From the NCBI RefSeq assembly GCF_009914755.1, contig NC_060947.1: a DNA stretch of 64,000 nucleotides; one strand, given 5' to 3'. Below the pieces are notes generated by a model that searched no databases, was not told the DNA's origin, and saw only the letters and a program-made list of their open reading frames with translations. Shown here piece by piece: positions 30,173 through 44,519 of this stretch. The position numbers were made by a program, and so were the translations under genes. Positions within the stretch are counted from its first letter, which is position 1. Each line of letters starts with the position of its first letter. Source of the DNA: the human T2T-CHM13v2.0 reference genome, Homo sapiens.

Positions 30173-30384
30173 AAAAATGACACTATGTTGGAAGGTCTTT
30201 GTTGCAGGATGAGCAATCATCAAGGGTAAACTGTAAGTGGTTTTAAAAAAGAAACTTTACGTGTTCAATAGCTTAGAGAAGTGTACTGCTCTCTGACATA
30301 ACTGTGTGAGCATTCTAGGCTAGTGGAAAACTGATTCAAATATCCAGATTCTTTCAGTCTTGTTTCTCTACTATACTCTAGGGA

Positions 30385-30785
30385 AGTGGTTCCTAGACTT
30401 TTTGGTCTCAGGAAACTTCTCTCTTATGAATTATTGAGAACACTAAAGAGCTTTTGATTATGCCAATTATATATTTGTCATATAGAAATTAAAGGTGATA
30501 AAATTTAAATATGTTACTTATTAATTTATTAAAAATAACAATAAACTGATTACATGTTAACAAAAATAACAGAGTCTTAAATTAAGGAAAAAATATCTAA
30601 CTGTCACACCCAAGAAGAGATTAAGGTGACATGACAACTAAATGTGATGTGGCATCCTAAATGGGAACCTTGAAGTTTATTTTTAAAATACATTAATTGG
30701 AAGAGTGGTATTGTCTTACTATTTTTTTTTGTAAATATCTTTAACGTCTAATGTAATAGAAGATAAATGGATATAAAAGACAACT
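30385..30785. mobile_element. hAT-Charlie DNA transposon fragment
   Basis: agtggttcctagactttttggtctcagg..aattattgagaacactaaagagcttttg. Confidence 0.6.
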
Positions 30786-30789
30786 CAAA

Positions 30790-32070
30790 CTCCCTGAGAA
30801 GATAGGAGAGAAAAGGTCCAAAGCACATGTGGAGGGGTCAGCCTTATATGAACCAAAATACTGTTTGCATTGTAACAGATAGAAAATTGGCAGATGTGAA
30901 TTAGACAGACATGCAGTGGTGTGGAATTAATAATGGAATTATGGCATTCTTAGCTGATTACAACATTTTCTCAATGACTTTTTTGGTGAGATCATCAGTA
31001 AAGAAGAATGTCAGTGGTAGAAGTGTTGCAGATGTGCTGAGAGAAGAAAAGGTATAAAACACATCTTGCAGAATGGAGAAATGAGCTTAATTAGGAAAGC
31101 ATCTTGAGATTTATGTTAATATATTTGAAACACATCCATTGATTACAGTTAAGTGATTTTTTTCCCAAGATGTGTTGGGGCTTAATTGGCATTTTGCTAG
31201 GGAAAGAGGTAGAAGAGAATTGAGACTATTTATAAAGCAGTACATGTTTTATCAGACCAAGGATTCTGTGCTTCGTAAGAATGGAATTAATGGTATTTAA
31301 GGGTGATAGGTAAAAATGGGTAGGTACAGTGGATCACAAGTTTTGATCTGATCTTCAAATGTTGTACAGCAGTATAGAGTAGGTAAAGAGTAGGAGTAGG
31401 AATCAGAGAGTATTCAAAGAATAGGATATTTAGATGTATTCAAAGACTAGGATATTTAGAAGTAGTTTATTGACCATAACCAAATTTGAAGTATCACTGT
31501 GGAAATAAGTGGCTGAAGTAAAATGGAAAGCAAGATCATTAGAGCTAAGAAGGCCAAGGAACTGAGAGTTGAGCACATTGCACACTTATGTGGTGTTGAA
31601 GATGCGAAGCATGGAAACAGACTTGTGATAAGAAAGGAAAGAGTGAATTAGATGATGAGGTGCTATGACTCTCAGCAACAACTGTAATGAGTAATAAATT
31701 CTAATGAAAGACATTTCATAAAACAGGAGGAATGAGAATAGATCTTTTAGAAATAGCAATGGAAAACAAGCCATATACAGTATACCTACTGGACCTTAGA
31801 GGGAAAGCTCGTCACTTGAAGGGAAGGCATAACTTTTGAAGGGAAGTAATGACTTTTGAGTTAGAGCAAGAAAGTGAAGGGAAGTTTTAGAGAAGTAGGT
31901 GAAGATTTTTAGAAGGTTTGTTAATTACAGACCATCAGTTTTCAAAGGCACATAGATGGTTTGGGAGCATGAACAGATGTAGGGAATGAGGGCATGTTAA
32001 GAGGCATGAAGAGCAGGATGGGGATTAGTGTCACAGGAGGATGGATGACGTGAAAAACTTGGACTTCTGC
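30790..32070 (-). mobile_element. L2 internal region (degenerate)
   Basis: Purine-rich antisense L2-like sequence (caagatcattagagctaagaaggccaaggaactgag). Confidence 0.5.
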
Positions 32071-32669
32071 TGGTAACTGACTCTAAATGGGATTTGAAGC
32101 ATGACATCCCTTGAAATCAGAATTATGTAAATTGAAGATTTATGAATGGTTGAATTTGTCTCTGGCTGAAAGTGTTATGGTAGCCAGGAGCAAGAGGCTA
32201 CTTCATCCCTCAGGGAGGCTGACTTAGCAAAGCAGGGATTCTCCACACCCACAAATACACATGAACAGAGAAGTATTACAGAAAGTGAGAATTTGATATC
32301 TAGTTTCATCTAGTACTGTTCAAATAGCAGATGATATAATCCACTCTAGTGAATATCTAATTCCCTATCAAATGTTTCATTGCCATATCTTCAAATCACA
32401 CACCTACCTGTATTATCTGTAAATATACAAATGTAATGGATTCAGAAGAGGCTGGACAAACAGGAATTCATCCCTGAGAGACTAATCAAATTTGGGGGAA
32501 TGCACACAAAAATTTAGCTTCCAGACTACCATACGTGGCTGAGAACTGACTGTGCATGATGGATTTGTCTAACAGTCATCTGCTCTTTCCTCCCCTTCAA
32601 AGCCCAATTAACCAGCATATGGAAAGATAAGCAAGATGGGTACAACATGTCAAAAAAAAAAAAAAATCA

Positions 32670-32961
<292 letters not shown>

Positions 32962-33214
32962 AAATCAGTTTACTAATTCTCAGATCTATACAGGAATATG
33001 ATATCTTGAGTATCTTGAGTTATCTTGAGTGGCCTTAAGTTCTATAATAATATCTACTGGTTAACTAGAGTCGTATAATACCTAAGGATTATCAGAAGCT
33101 TTTTTTTTTAACCAATCATAATCTAAATATTTTGCATGAGTTGTCTCATTTAGTTCTCATGATATTTTTACCTACGTATCCCCATTTTCTCTCTCCTACC
33201 CCTAATAGCAAATA

Positions 33215-33440
33215 CGTATGATGAACAATTCAAAAGATCTAGTGCACAACATGAAGACAATATTTAATAATAGTGTATTGTACTTAGACTTTTTGCAAAA
33301 TGATCAGGTCACAGCTGCTCTTGCCATGGGGGGTATAACAAGTAACTATGAGATGATGAATATAGTAACCATTTTACTACATACATATATCTTACAATAT
33401 CATGTTGTATACCTTAAATATACACAATACAATTTATTTT
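33215..33440 (+). mobile_element. L1MA 3' end inserted in MIR
   Basis: aagatctagtgcacaacatgaagac..gttgtataccttaaatatacac; MIR core acagatgaggaaactg follows. Confidence 0.7.
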
Positions 33441-33854
33441 TAGAATTCTCACAATATCTAACAGATGAGGAAACTGCAACTATTTTTTTAAATGGTGACA
33501 AGAGTTATACTCTGGGCAGAGTGATTTCTGGAATTGTGAAGCTTGAGGAAAATTATTAATTTCTCTCTATTTCAGTTATTTAATGTCATCTCCTAGGATT
33601 ATTAACAGTACATAGCACAAAGAAAACACTCAATGACTGTTATCTGTTACAAGTTTCCTGTGATCTTTAAAATAATTATGTTATAAATTTAAGCTATAAA
33701 TTTTTATATATTCTAATTTTAAAAAATTATTTTAACAAACAGTTTGTACTTGAGATTTTGTCTGTGCAACCTTAGAAAATGTAAAAATTATATCTTTGAC
33801 TTTGACAATCTAGCTAAGCAGTTCCCTTATTTTCAACAAAATGTTGCATTTTTG

Positions 33855-34280
33855 GAGATCACTATGTTAACTGGAATAAGCTAGGCACAGAAAGACAAAT
33901 ATCACGTGTTCTCACTCAAATGTGGAAGCTAAAAAATTTGACTGCTTGGAGTTAGAGAGTAGAATGATAGGTACAGGAGGCTTGGGAGGGTGTGGAGGAG
34001 GGGGATGAAGAGAGATTTATTAATGGGTACAAACATGCAGTTAGAAGGAATAAGTTATAGTGTTCAATAGCAGAGCAGGATGACTATAGTTAACAAAAAT
34101 GTGTTGTATAACTCAAAATAACTAGAAGAGAATATCTGGAATGTTTACACAAAGAGATGACAAATATTTGAGGTGGCGGATATCCCAGTTACCGTGATTT
34201 GATCATTACACGTTGTATGCATGTATCAAAGAATCACATGTACCCCATAAATATGTACAACTCTTACATATCCATAAAAG
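33855..34280 (+). mobile_element. L1MA 3' end
   Basis: gaataagctaggcacagaaagacaaatatcacgtgttctcactc..cacatgtaccccataaatatgtacaa. Confidence 0.88.
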
Positions 34281-34307
34281 GTCACATTCCTCATTTTTTA
34301 AATTATG

Positions 34308-35532
34308 TTTTTATTTTTTTCCTTTTTTTATTATACTTTAAGTTCTAGGATACATGTGCACAACGTGCAGGTTTGTTACATATGTATACATGTGCCGTGT
34401 TGGTTTGCTGCGCCTATTAACTCGTCATTTACATTAGGTATTTCTCCTAATACTATCCCTCCCCCATTCCCCCAACCCACAACAGGCCCCAGTGTGTGAT
34501 GTTCCCCACCCTGTGTCCAAGTGTTCTCATTGTTCAGTTCCCACCTGTGAGTGAGAATATGTGGTGTTTGGTTTTCTGTCCTTGCGATAGTATGCTCAGA
34601 ATGATGGTTTCCAGCTTCATCCATGTCGCTACAAAGGACATGAACTCATCCTTTTTTATGGCTGCATAGTATTCCATGGTGTATGTGTGCCACATTTTCT
34701 TAATCCAGTGTATCATTGATGGACATTTGGGTTGGTTCCAAGTCTTTGCTATTGTGAATAGTGCCACTATAAACATACGTGTGCATGTGTCTTTATAGTA
34801 GCATGATTTATAATCCTTTGGGTATATACCCAGTAATGGGATCACTGGGTCAAATGGTATTTCTAGTTCTAGATCCTTGAGGGATCGCCACACTGTCTTC
34901 CACAATGGTTGAACTAGTTTACAGTCCCACCAACAGTGTAAAAGCATTCCTATTTCTCCACATCCTCTCCAGCACCTATTGTTTCCTGACTTTTTAATGA
35001 TCGCCATTCTAACTGGTGTGAGATGGTATCTCATTGTGGTTTTGATTTGCATTTCTCTCATGACCAGTGATGATGAGCATTTTTTCATGTGCCTGTTGGC
35101 TGCATAAATGTCTTCTTTTGAAAAGTGTCTGTTCATATCCTTTGCCTACTTTTTGATGGGGTTGTTTGATTTTTTTCTTGTAAATTTGTTTAAGTTCTTT
35201 GTAGATTCTGGATATTAGCCCTTTGTCAGATGGGTACATTGCAAAAATTTTCTCCCATTCTGTAGGTTGCCTGTTCACTCTGATGATAGTTTCTTTTGCT
35301 GTGCAGAAGCTCTTTAGTTTAATTAGATCCCATTTGTCTCTTTTGGCTTTTGTTATTGCTTTTGGTGTTTTAGTCATGAAGTCCTTGCCCATGCCTATGT
35401 CGTACATGGTATTGCCTAGGTTTTCTTCTAGGGTTTTTATGGTTTTAGGTCTAATATTTAAATCTTTAATCCATCTTGAATTAATTTTTGTGTAAGGTGT
35501 AAGGAAGGGATCCAGTTTCAGCTTTCTACATA
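34308..35532 (-). mobile_element. L1PA5-like, 5'-truncated
   Basis: ORF2 C-terminal 200 aa ([23 protein letters not shown]), L1PA 3'UTR and T-tail. Confidence 0.95.
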
Positions 35533-37769
35533 AAAAATATTCATAAAGGTTTCAAATTTTCAAACTATTAGTTAAGTCATTTCAAGTTATAAGTAAGCTG
35601 CTTATTTATGCCCAGTAATATTATTTTTGGTTAAGATTTTTACAATATTTGCCTTTGTTAGTTAGAATTTACTTATTCTTACTTCTATTATTTACAACTT
35701 AATGATTTCTACTTTCATAATTGTGGCTTTGTTATGGAAACATAGATTTATAGTTATTTGAGAAAATGTGAAAATAACTTTTAAGAAATAGAGATACTAA
35801 TTCTCGTAATAAGTATGGTAATTTTAGGACAAATTTATAAATCCATCTCTAACTAAGGCATATATACGTCTTGCAAACAATTGCCTAGAGTTACCCCTTC
35901 ACAGCTGTTTTTATCAACATAGACAATCCAGGAGGTACACTGAAAATGAAAGTATAAAAATTAATTTTAACTCTTAAATCTGTGCTTTCACAACTCCTGC
36001 TTGGTTTAAATTCTGTTCTGGCATTTGTGAGTGTCATTTTGCCTCTGTGCCAATGAGTTGGGATTTCTTTAGATTGAGGGATGAGAGAAAAAAATAGTGA
36101 GACCTTACTTAAAAGTTCTTTGGAAAGGGGTAGGGAAATTTTCATGAAGAACACAGTGCCACTAGGAGAACAGGGTGGTCAGATATAAAGTTTTTGAAAA
36201 CTGTCATGATAAACCAGGGAAACCCAGACAATGAGCCAGTGGTGGAGAGGGTAACAAGATCAATGAATAAAGCCACATGCCATTATAAAGTACAAGCAGG
36301 CAGGCCCTCTCCAAGGATAGAGGTGACAAGAAAATGGGGGATATGGATCTAGGAGGCTGCCCAAAACAGTATGTTTCTTAACCTAACCATATGTTTGTAG
36401 GCTGGCACCTTGGTGTATAAGAGCATGAGTGAAATGAATTAAATGAGGAAGCATTGACAAGTATCTTCAATCAGAATCATGATGTTTATTGTGGACTATT
36501 TATCTTGGCATGATCAGCTCTCTATAGTTATTTAATTATTTTATGCAATGTATCAGATATTGTGTCTTTTTACTCATTCTATGAATGGGTCCTTAAAATG
36601 TATCACATGGCAATAATGTAAGAAAAATGGTGCACATGCATGGACATCTTTGTAAGAACAGGACACACATATACTACTACAATTCTTATGGATCACCTAT
36701 AAACATGAGGTCAAGTTGAGAAACTCCTTTTTAAGATAACTCAGTATGCACATTAATAGTTTGATTACAAAAAGAATGATGTCCAAATAATTTTTAGAAA
36801 AGGGCACTCATGTCATTAGGAAAGTGCTCTTTTTTAAGGGTCAGGCCATTTTAGTTAGCAACTGTCACTAAGGAGGTAACCATCTGTCATTATTTAGTGT
36901 CACAAGGAACATTCATTGGCATTGCTGAAGTGAACTCTGTTAGCATGTTTCTCTCTTGTTTAGTTATGTCTGCAACTGGCCATTTGCATAAAAGCCCACT
37001 GGCAAAGTCTAACATAGAATTTTAAAATTAACTTGTGTTTCAAGCACTATATATATTTCTTTTAATAAAAAAGGAAACAAGAGCCACAATGAGTAATTTT
37101 TTTCTCATCAGGAATATTGCCTAGTTTATGACCATGAATATCATTAGATGAAAAGTCAATAAGTTTTATGATTTTCAGCTTCTAAAATCCATTGCTAAAT
37201 CTGGGGAAAATCTGTTTTTCTTAAGTGACAGCAAGAAATATTCTATTCTTGGAATAATATTAACATGTAGAGGAACATGGAGGGATATCATGTAATGTAA
37301 ATACAATCTTATCTTTAATATAGAGAATGCATTATTTCCTTTTAATTGTAGAATCCAGCATAATTCCTTTCTTTACCTTGAGTGCTTCCATCTTATTTCA
37401 TCTGGAAGTCATTTGCCTTTCATTCTATTCATCTTTTCCCAATTTTATAACCTTAAGATAAATTTTAAACATATAACAAATTGCCAATTAAATAGTTGGC
37501 CTTGTCAAACTGATAGGCAGGAAGGGAAAAAAATTGCTCGCTTCTAAAGGTCCATTTACTTATTAATGACAGCATAGGTTACTATATTTTCTTTGTACGC
37601 ATTACTTCATCCAAGGTAGAGAGCCCGAAGAAGTGTAATAAAAGCTTGGCTTTTGATTTAGATTCTATTTTTATAGAAATGCTTTTGGAATATGTAACAT
37701 ATGCTTTACAAAGTGCTTAGGAGGGGGCAAAACAGTATATCTAGTAAGGATACTTCCTGTGGTTATACA

Positions 37770-37985
37770 TGGAACACTGCTGGAAAGCCCATTCCATTTT
37801 ATTACCTGTGAGACTTTGCGTAAGACAATTCATCTTGCTGAATCTTAGTTTTCTCATCTTATAAATAGGGTTAAAAATGACTACTCGATAGTGTTATTTT
37901 GAGAGTAAGCTATGTAAAGTAGTTTGAGTAGCTAGCACAGTTGACATTAAAGAAGTGGTAGTCAATAATGTTATTACTATCATCA
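37770..37985 (+). mobile_element. MIR
   Basis: ctgtgagactttgcgtaag..cttagttttctcatcttataaataggg. Confidence 0.7.
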
Positions 37986-38862
37986 ATAATTATATATATA
38001 TGGAAATGTTTGTAAATTAAAGTTACCCAAAGGACAATATTGCATATAGCCAAGAGTTCCTAGTATAGCTTTGTTCTGTTCATTGTGAAGTATACAATTA
38101 TATTAATTACAAAGTTTGTATATTTGTTTTCATGCTTTGTAACTGATTTTACATTTTCATGACCATTTTTGCTAATTGATCTGTTGTCAAATATTTAGGG
38201 AATACTCATTGTGTTTCTACCAATGCCCTCCTTGAGTACAGGGCACATAACAAACCAGCAATCACCAGTATGTTTTCCTGTTCAGTACATCAACATGATA
38301 AATATCTTATGAATAAAATATCTAGGTGAAAAAAAATCAGCTAGATTATAAATGGTCTCTAAGAATTCACTACAAATCTTGACCAATTACTATTTTCCAG
38401 TGCAGAGAGTATCTGATTTTCTCCTCTGTCTGCTAAAATTCCTTCAGTGATTCTCACTGATTTTAGGAACAAGACCAAAACTTTGATGGCCTACACTCAC
38501 CTGGTCTTCTCATAGGCCATACACCAGCCACATTGTCTTTCTTTCCATTCTTCAAAATCTTCATGCTGCTTCCTGTCACAGGGACTCTCACATTCTGAAA
38601 CGTTATTCTAAGTTACCCTTTGTCTAGCTAAGTCATATTCAACTTCTAATAATGACTTACACATTTCCCCAGGGAAGCCAGAGCAGATAGTTCACAACAT
38701 TCAATTCCACAACCTTTGACTCTCATAGTACCAAGATCCTTTCCTTCACCTGTAAAAACAAAAGCCAGGTAACAATTCATTTCCATTAAATAAGATATGT
38801 GGGTGTATATATATTTTGTAATGTATGGTTTATATAATATGTCATAATGTATTACTTATATG

Positions 38863-40146
38863 TGAAGAGACTTCAAAAGTTTGTGGAAAATGAAATTAAA
38901 AGATAAAAATAAAAAATAGAAACCTATTTCTAACATAAGCTTCATCAAATTAAAGACACTTTTGTAAGCAATGATACCAGCTATTTAATCCACCCCTAAA
39001 GAACAGAGGGTCTGGGAATTTAACCATGTCAATGCATTCTTTTAAAAAATATTTTAACTGAAGAAAAATGGGTGCCGTTTAAGGATTTTTTAAGATTAGA
39101 AAACAAAAAGAAGTCAGAAAGTGCTAAGTCAGGACTATAAGGTGAATGCCTAATGATTTCCCATTGAAATTCTCACAAAATTGCCATTGTTTGATGAGAG
39201 GAATGACCAGGAGCATTGTCATGATGGAGAAAGACTGGTGAAGTTTTCTGGGTGTTTTTCTGCTCAAGCTCTGGCTAATCTTCTGAAAACACTCTCATAA
39301 TAAACAGATGTCATCATTGTTTGGCCTTCCAGAAAGTCAACAAGCAAAATGCCTTGAGCATCCTCTGTGTTGCCCTGGCCTTTGCTCTTGACCAGTCTGC
39401 TTTTGCTCTAACTGGATCACTTCCACTTCTTGGTAGCCATTGTTGTGATTGTGCTTTGTCTTCAGGATCATACTGGTAAAGCCATGTTTCATCTCCTCCT
39501 GTTCTTTGAAGAAATGCTTCAGTATGTTGTATCTCACTTGTTTAAAATTCCCATTGAAAGCTCTGCTCCTGTCTTCAGCTGATCTGGGCACAACGATTTT
39601 GGCACCCATTGAGTGGCAAGTCTGCTGAACTTTAATTTTGCAGTCTGAATTGTGTAAGCTGAACTAATTGAGATGTCTATGGGTTGGCTATTGTTTATTC
39701 TGTTAATCACTGGTCCTCTTCAATTGGGGAACAAAAAGATTAATTCTTTCCTCCCAAATGGATGTGGATGTTCTACTTCCGCAGACTTCATCTTTGGCAT
39801 TGTCTCATTCCTTCTTAAAAGGAGTTATCCATTTGCAAACTGCTGATTTATTTGGGGCTTTGTCCTCATAAACTTTTCATAAAGTATCAATTATTTCACA
39901 ATTTTTTCACTCAAGCTTCATCATAAATGTAATGTCTTTTTTACTTCAATTGTAGCAGCATTCATGTTGCTCTGATAGGGGCTGTTTTCAAACTGATGTC
40001 TTATCCTTCTTGGTGCCTCAAAGAAGATCCTATTCAGAAAAGTTATAACATGTTAGTACAAGTTTATTTGGGTTTAAACAAAATTTGAAACCCATGCATA
40101 GTTTTTCAATAATATGCATTTACATAAACATTTTGAAGTTCTCTCA
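38863..40146 (-). mobile_element. HSMAR2 mariner transposon, near full length, transposase disrupted
   Basis: TIRs tgaagagacttcaaaagtttgtggaaaatg / catttacataaacattttgaagttctctca; ~1.28 kb; TA at right flank. Confidence 0.9.
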
Positions 40147-40339
40147 TATTATATAGTATATCATGTTTTATATATTATCTAGTATAATATATAGAAATTT
40201 CTAGCTACATCTTTAGATAGGAGCTCTGTATCTGGGACAGTATGTCAAGATGGATTTGGTTTATTTAAATACAATCAACATCTTTCCTGCTGTAGAAAAC
40301 AAAATCTATCTTTAAGAATACCAATGGCTCCATGCCACT

Positions 40340-40820
40340 GAGCAATTTTATTCCTAGATATCTATTCAAGATAAATGAAAGCATATATCTACAGAAAGAT
40401 GTGTACAATAATATTCACAGCAGGTTCATTCATATTAGCCCCATACTGGGAACAACCTAAATATCCAATGGAGACAAAATGTGGTATATCCATATGATAG
40501 AATACTATTCAGCAGTAAATGAAAATGAAGTACTGAAATGTGCAGCATTATGGCTGAACCTCAAAAACATGTTATGTGAAAAAAGCCAAACACAAGAGAC
40601 CACATATTGTAAGATTTCATTTGTATAAAATGCCTAGAAAAAAACAAATTTACAGAGACAGACAGATTAATGATTACCTGGGGCAGGGGTTAATATTGGG
40701 GATTAACTTTAAATGGGCATGAGGGAACCTATTGAGGGAACTAGAATGTTCTAGAATTGCTTTACGGTGGTAGCTGCATCATGGTTAAGTTACTAAAAAT
40801 CATGGTGTAGTTATAAAAAT
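40340..40820 (+). mobile_element. L1ME/MD 3' end
   Basis: actgggaacaacctaaatatcc..gaacctcaaaaacatgttatgtgaaaaaagcc. Confidence 0.8.
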
Positions 40821-40909
40821 ATAAGAAACCAAGTTAGAGAAAACTGATTGGAATGATGGTGTACATGCAAAACACTTTGCACAACATCAGGCCAGAGCTG
40901 AAAGGTCAA

Positions 40910-41355
40910 TGTGATGATTAATACTGAGTATCAACTTGATTGGATTGAAGGATACAAAGTATTGAACCTGGGTGTGTCTGTGAGGGTGTTGCCAAAGGAG
41001 ACTAACATTTGAGTCAGTGGGCTGGGAAAGGCAGACCCACCCTTAATCTGGGTGGGCATAATCTAATCAGCTTCCAGCATGGCTAGAATATAAGCAGGTA
41101 GAAAAATGTGGAAAAAGAGACTGGCCCAGCTTCCCAGCCCACAACTTTCTTCCATGCTGGATACTTCCTGCCCTTGAACATTGGACTCCAAGTTATTCAG
41201 TTTTAGAATTCGGACTCGCTCTCCTTGCTCTTCGGCCTGCAGATGGCCTTTTGTGGAACCTTGTGATTGGGTGAGTTAATACTTAATAGACTCCCCTTTG
41301 TGTACATATATATATTCCATTAGTTCTGTCCCTCTAGAGATCCCTGACTAATATA
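40910..41355 (+). mobile_element. MLT2A solo LTR (HERVL)
   Basis: tgtgatgattaatactgagtatcaacttgattggattgaagg..ccctgactaatata; perfect 5-bp TSD gtcaa. Confidence 0.93.
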
Positions 41356-42340
41356 GTCAATAAGCCTGAAGTAACAGTATGCTTTAAAAATAATCCCACT
41401 TGATATATGCTTACCAGCTTTGCCCCAAATGTTATAATATGTGATGAAAATAAGTGTTACCACTTAAAAGCTGTCTCTCCGCTTAATTCCTCATCTGAAA
41501 TGTATATTCCATGTAACAAACTGCACACGTACCTCCTGTATCTAAAATAAAAGTTGAAATTTTAAAAATGTATTTCTGATGTAAAATAGCTTTGGAAGAT
41601 AGAAAGAATTAGCCATTATGATTTTCTTGAAGGAGAAAAGGTAAAACATGTACTAATTTCATCACAATACAAAACAGTATATGATTGGGACCAGGAGAGT
41701 GGTTGTGCTTTTGAATTGTTTTTTAAAAAATTCTAAATGCACCAACTAAGACTAAATTAGACCAACACTGTATTTGAACTCAACCTTAAATACATACATG
41801 CATACATATATACATGCATATATTCAATTGTTCACTCATACATACACGACTCTGTTTACTCATTTACCGTATGTGACACTCTCAACGAAACCTCTCATAA
41901 CTATTGGCAACTTTGATGTCAATATAGATAACTCTTTACCCTAGGTACTCTGTTTCTAAGCCTCCTTTTCATCCATGAGCTTCTCCTCAGCCAGTCATTC
42001 TATAATCACATACTAATTTAGTCATTACCTGTGTATGCTTATCCATGCTCAAAAAAAGTTTCCTTACCATATAGAAAAATAAACTTAAGATGGATTAAGG
42101 ACTTAAATGTAAGACCTAAAACCATAAAAATGCTAGAAGAAAACCTAGGAAATAACCTTCTGGACATTAGCCTAACAAATACTTTATGATTAAGACCTCA
42201 AAAGCAAATGCAACAAAACCAAAAATAGACAAATGGATCTCAATTAAAGTAAAGAGCTTCTCTCTGCACAGCAACAGAAACAACTGACAGAGTAAACACA
42301 ACCTACAGAATGGGAGAAAAATGTTTGCAAACTATGCATG

Positions 42341-42723
42341 TGTATTAGTATGTTCTCACACTGCTATAAAAAACTACCTGAGACTGGATAATCTATGAAG
42401 AAAAGAGGTTTAATTGGCTCATGGTTCCGCAGGCTGTACAGGAGGCATGGCTTGGGGAGGCCTCAGGAAACTTACAAGCAGGGCAGAAGGTGAAGGGGAA
42501 GCCAGCATGACCTACATGGCTGGAGCAAGAGGAATAGAGCAAAAGGGAAAGTGCCACACTTTTAAACAACCTGATCTTGTGAGAACTCACTCACTCTCAC
42601 GAGAATAGCAAGGGGGAAATCCACCCCCATGATCCAATCACCTCCCACTATGTCCCTCCCTCAACACTGGGTATTACAAATGGACATGAGGTTTGTGTGG
42701 GGACACGGAGCCAAACCATATCA
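42341..42723 (-). mobile_element. MSTA-like MaLR solo LTR
   Basis: tgtattagt...ccaaaccatatca; TSD gcatg/gcatc. Confidence 0.92.
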
Positions 42724-42968
42724 GCATCTGTCAAAGGACCAATACCCAGAATCTATCAGGAACTCAAAAAAATCAACGAGAAAAAATAAGAACCAAAATG
42801 CCCCATTAAAAAAGTGGGGAAAGCACTGAACAGCCATTTCTCAAAAGAAGACATACTAAAAGCCAACAAACATGAAAAATGCTCAATACCGCTAATCATC
42901 AGAGAAAATTAAAACCACAACGGGATACCATCTCACACCAGTCAGAATGGCTCTTACTAAAAGTCAAA

Positions 42969-43259
42969 GGCTAGGCACAGTGCCTCAAGCCTGTAATCCC
43001 AGGACTTTGGGAGGATAATGTGGGCATATCACTTAAGTCCAGGAGGTCGAGACCAGCCTAGGCAACATGGCAAAACCCTATCTCTACAAAAAATACAAAA
43101 ATTAACTGGGCGTGGTGGAAAGCACCTGTAGTCCCAGCTACTTAGGAGGCTGAGGTGGGAGGATCACCTGAGCCTGGAGAGGTCGAAGCTGCAGTGAGCC
43201 ATGATCATGCCACTGCATTCCAGCCTGGGCAACAGAGTGATACCCTGTCTCAAAAAATA
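42969..43259 (+). mobile_element. AluJ
   Basis: gaggtgggaggatcacctgagcc; TSD aaaagtcaaa. Confidence 0.93.
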
Positions 43260-44209
43260 AAAAGTCAAAAAATAACTTTTTTGACATCAGGGAGAATGTG
43301 GATAAAAGGGAATAATTATACACTGTTGGTGGGAAGGTACACTAGTACACAACCTCTATGGAAAACAGTATGAGGATTTCTCAAGGAACTAAAAATAGAA
43401 CTACCATTCAATCCAGCAATTCCATTACTGGGTATCTACCCAAAGTAAAAGAAATTGTTATATCAAAAAGATGCCGGCACTTGTATGTTTATTGCAGCAC
43501 TATATATAATAGTAAAGTCATGGACTCAACCTAAGTCTTCATCAACAATTGATTGGACAAAGAAAATGTGGTACTCTCTAAAGACTACTTCTTCCAGTAC
43601 CCTGACTTCAACAATTCTTTGACCTTACGAGGACCAACAATCTACCAGGTTTGTATGTTTTCTTCCACTTCTCTCAACCCACTTTAATATCTTTACTTTT
43701 CATTTTACTTAGATTAGATTCTCCTGTACAACATTATAATAACTCCCTTACACATACTCTCTGTTTAATCCTTTCTCATTTTTTTTCATTGAACTTTCCT
43801 GAAATCTTGAGTTGTATCAGTTTGAGGTAGGACCTGAAATAGGATAATGTTGGTGGACATTTGAAATGGACTGGAAGTAGTCACTAAACAAGGTTAGGAA
43901 TTATAACAGAGTACCAGAAAGATATCTGACTCAACTGCCACACTGATTGAGAAATGGTATATGATATGGGTGAAAAAAGAGAACAGGTGAAGATACAAAT
44001 TTCTAAACTATTTTTGAATTTTGTGTCCTGATCAGTGTAAAAACTGTAATAACATAGTATTTTGACAAATTAGAGCCAAAATAATAAATTTGTTTTAATT
44101 CTTGCTTCATAAATTGAGAAATACAAACTCATTCTAAAGAGTCACCAAATCAAGGATAGAAATCTAACATTTAGTCTCACATGTACACTTTTAAAGAATA
44201 TAGTATTCT

Positions 44210-44519
<310 letters not shown>

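Larger units (their letters stand above)
42062..43575 (+). mobile_element. L1PB-like ORF2 fragment, split by MST and Alu
   Basis: agatggattaaggacttaaatgtaagacct..ctaccattcaatccagcaattccattactggg. Confidence 0.85.

Noticed and set aside
33001-33031. tatcttgag(t) x3 and other short tandem duplications (920-944, 15105-15146)
   Set aside because: Ordinary slippage repeats with no spacers; not CRISPR-like.
34534-35136. 200-aa ORF with Cys-rich motif
   Set aside because: L1 ORF2 C-terminus of a 5'-truncated L1PA.
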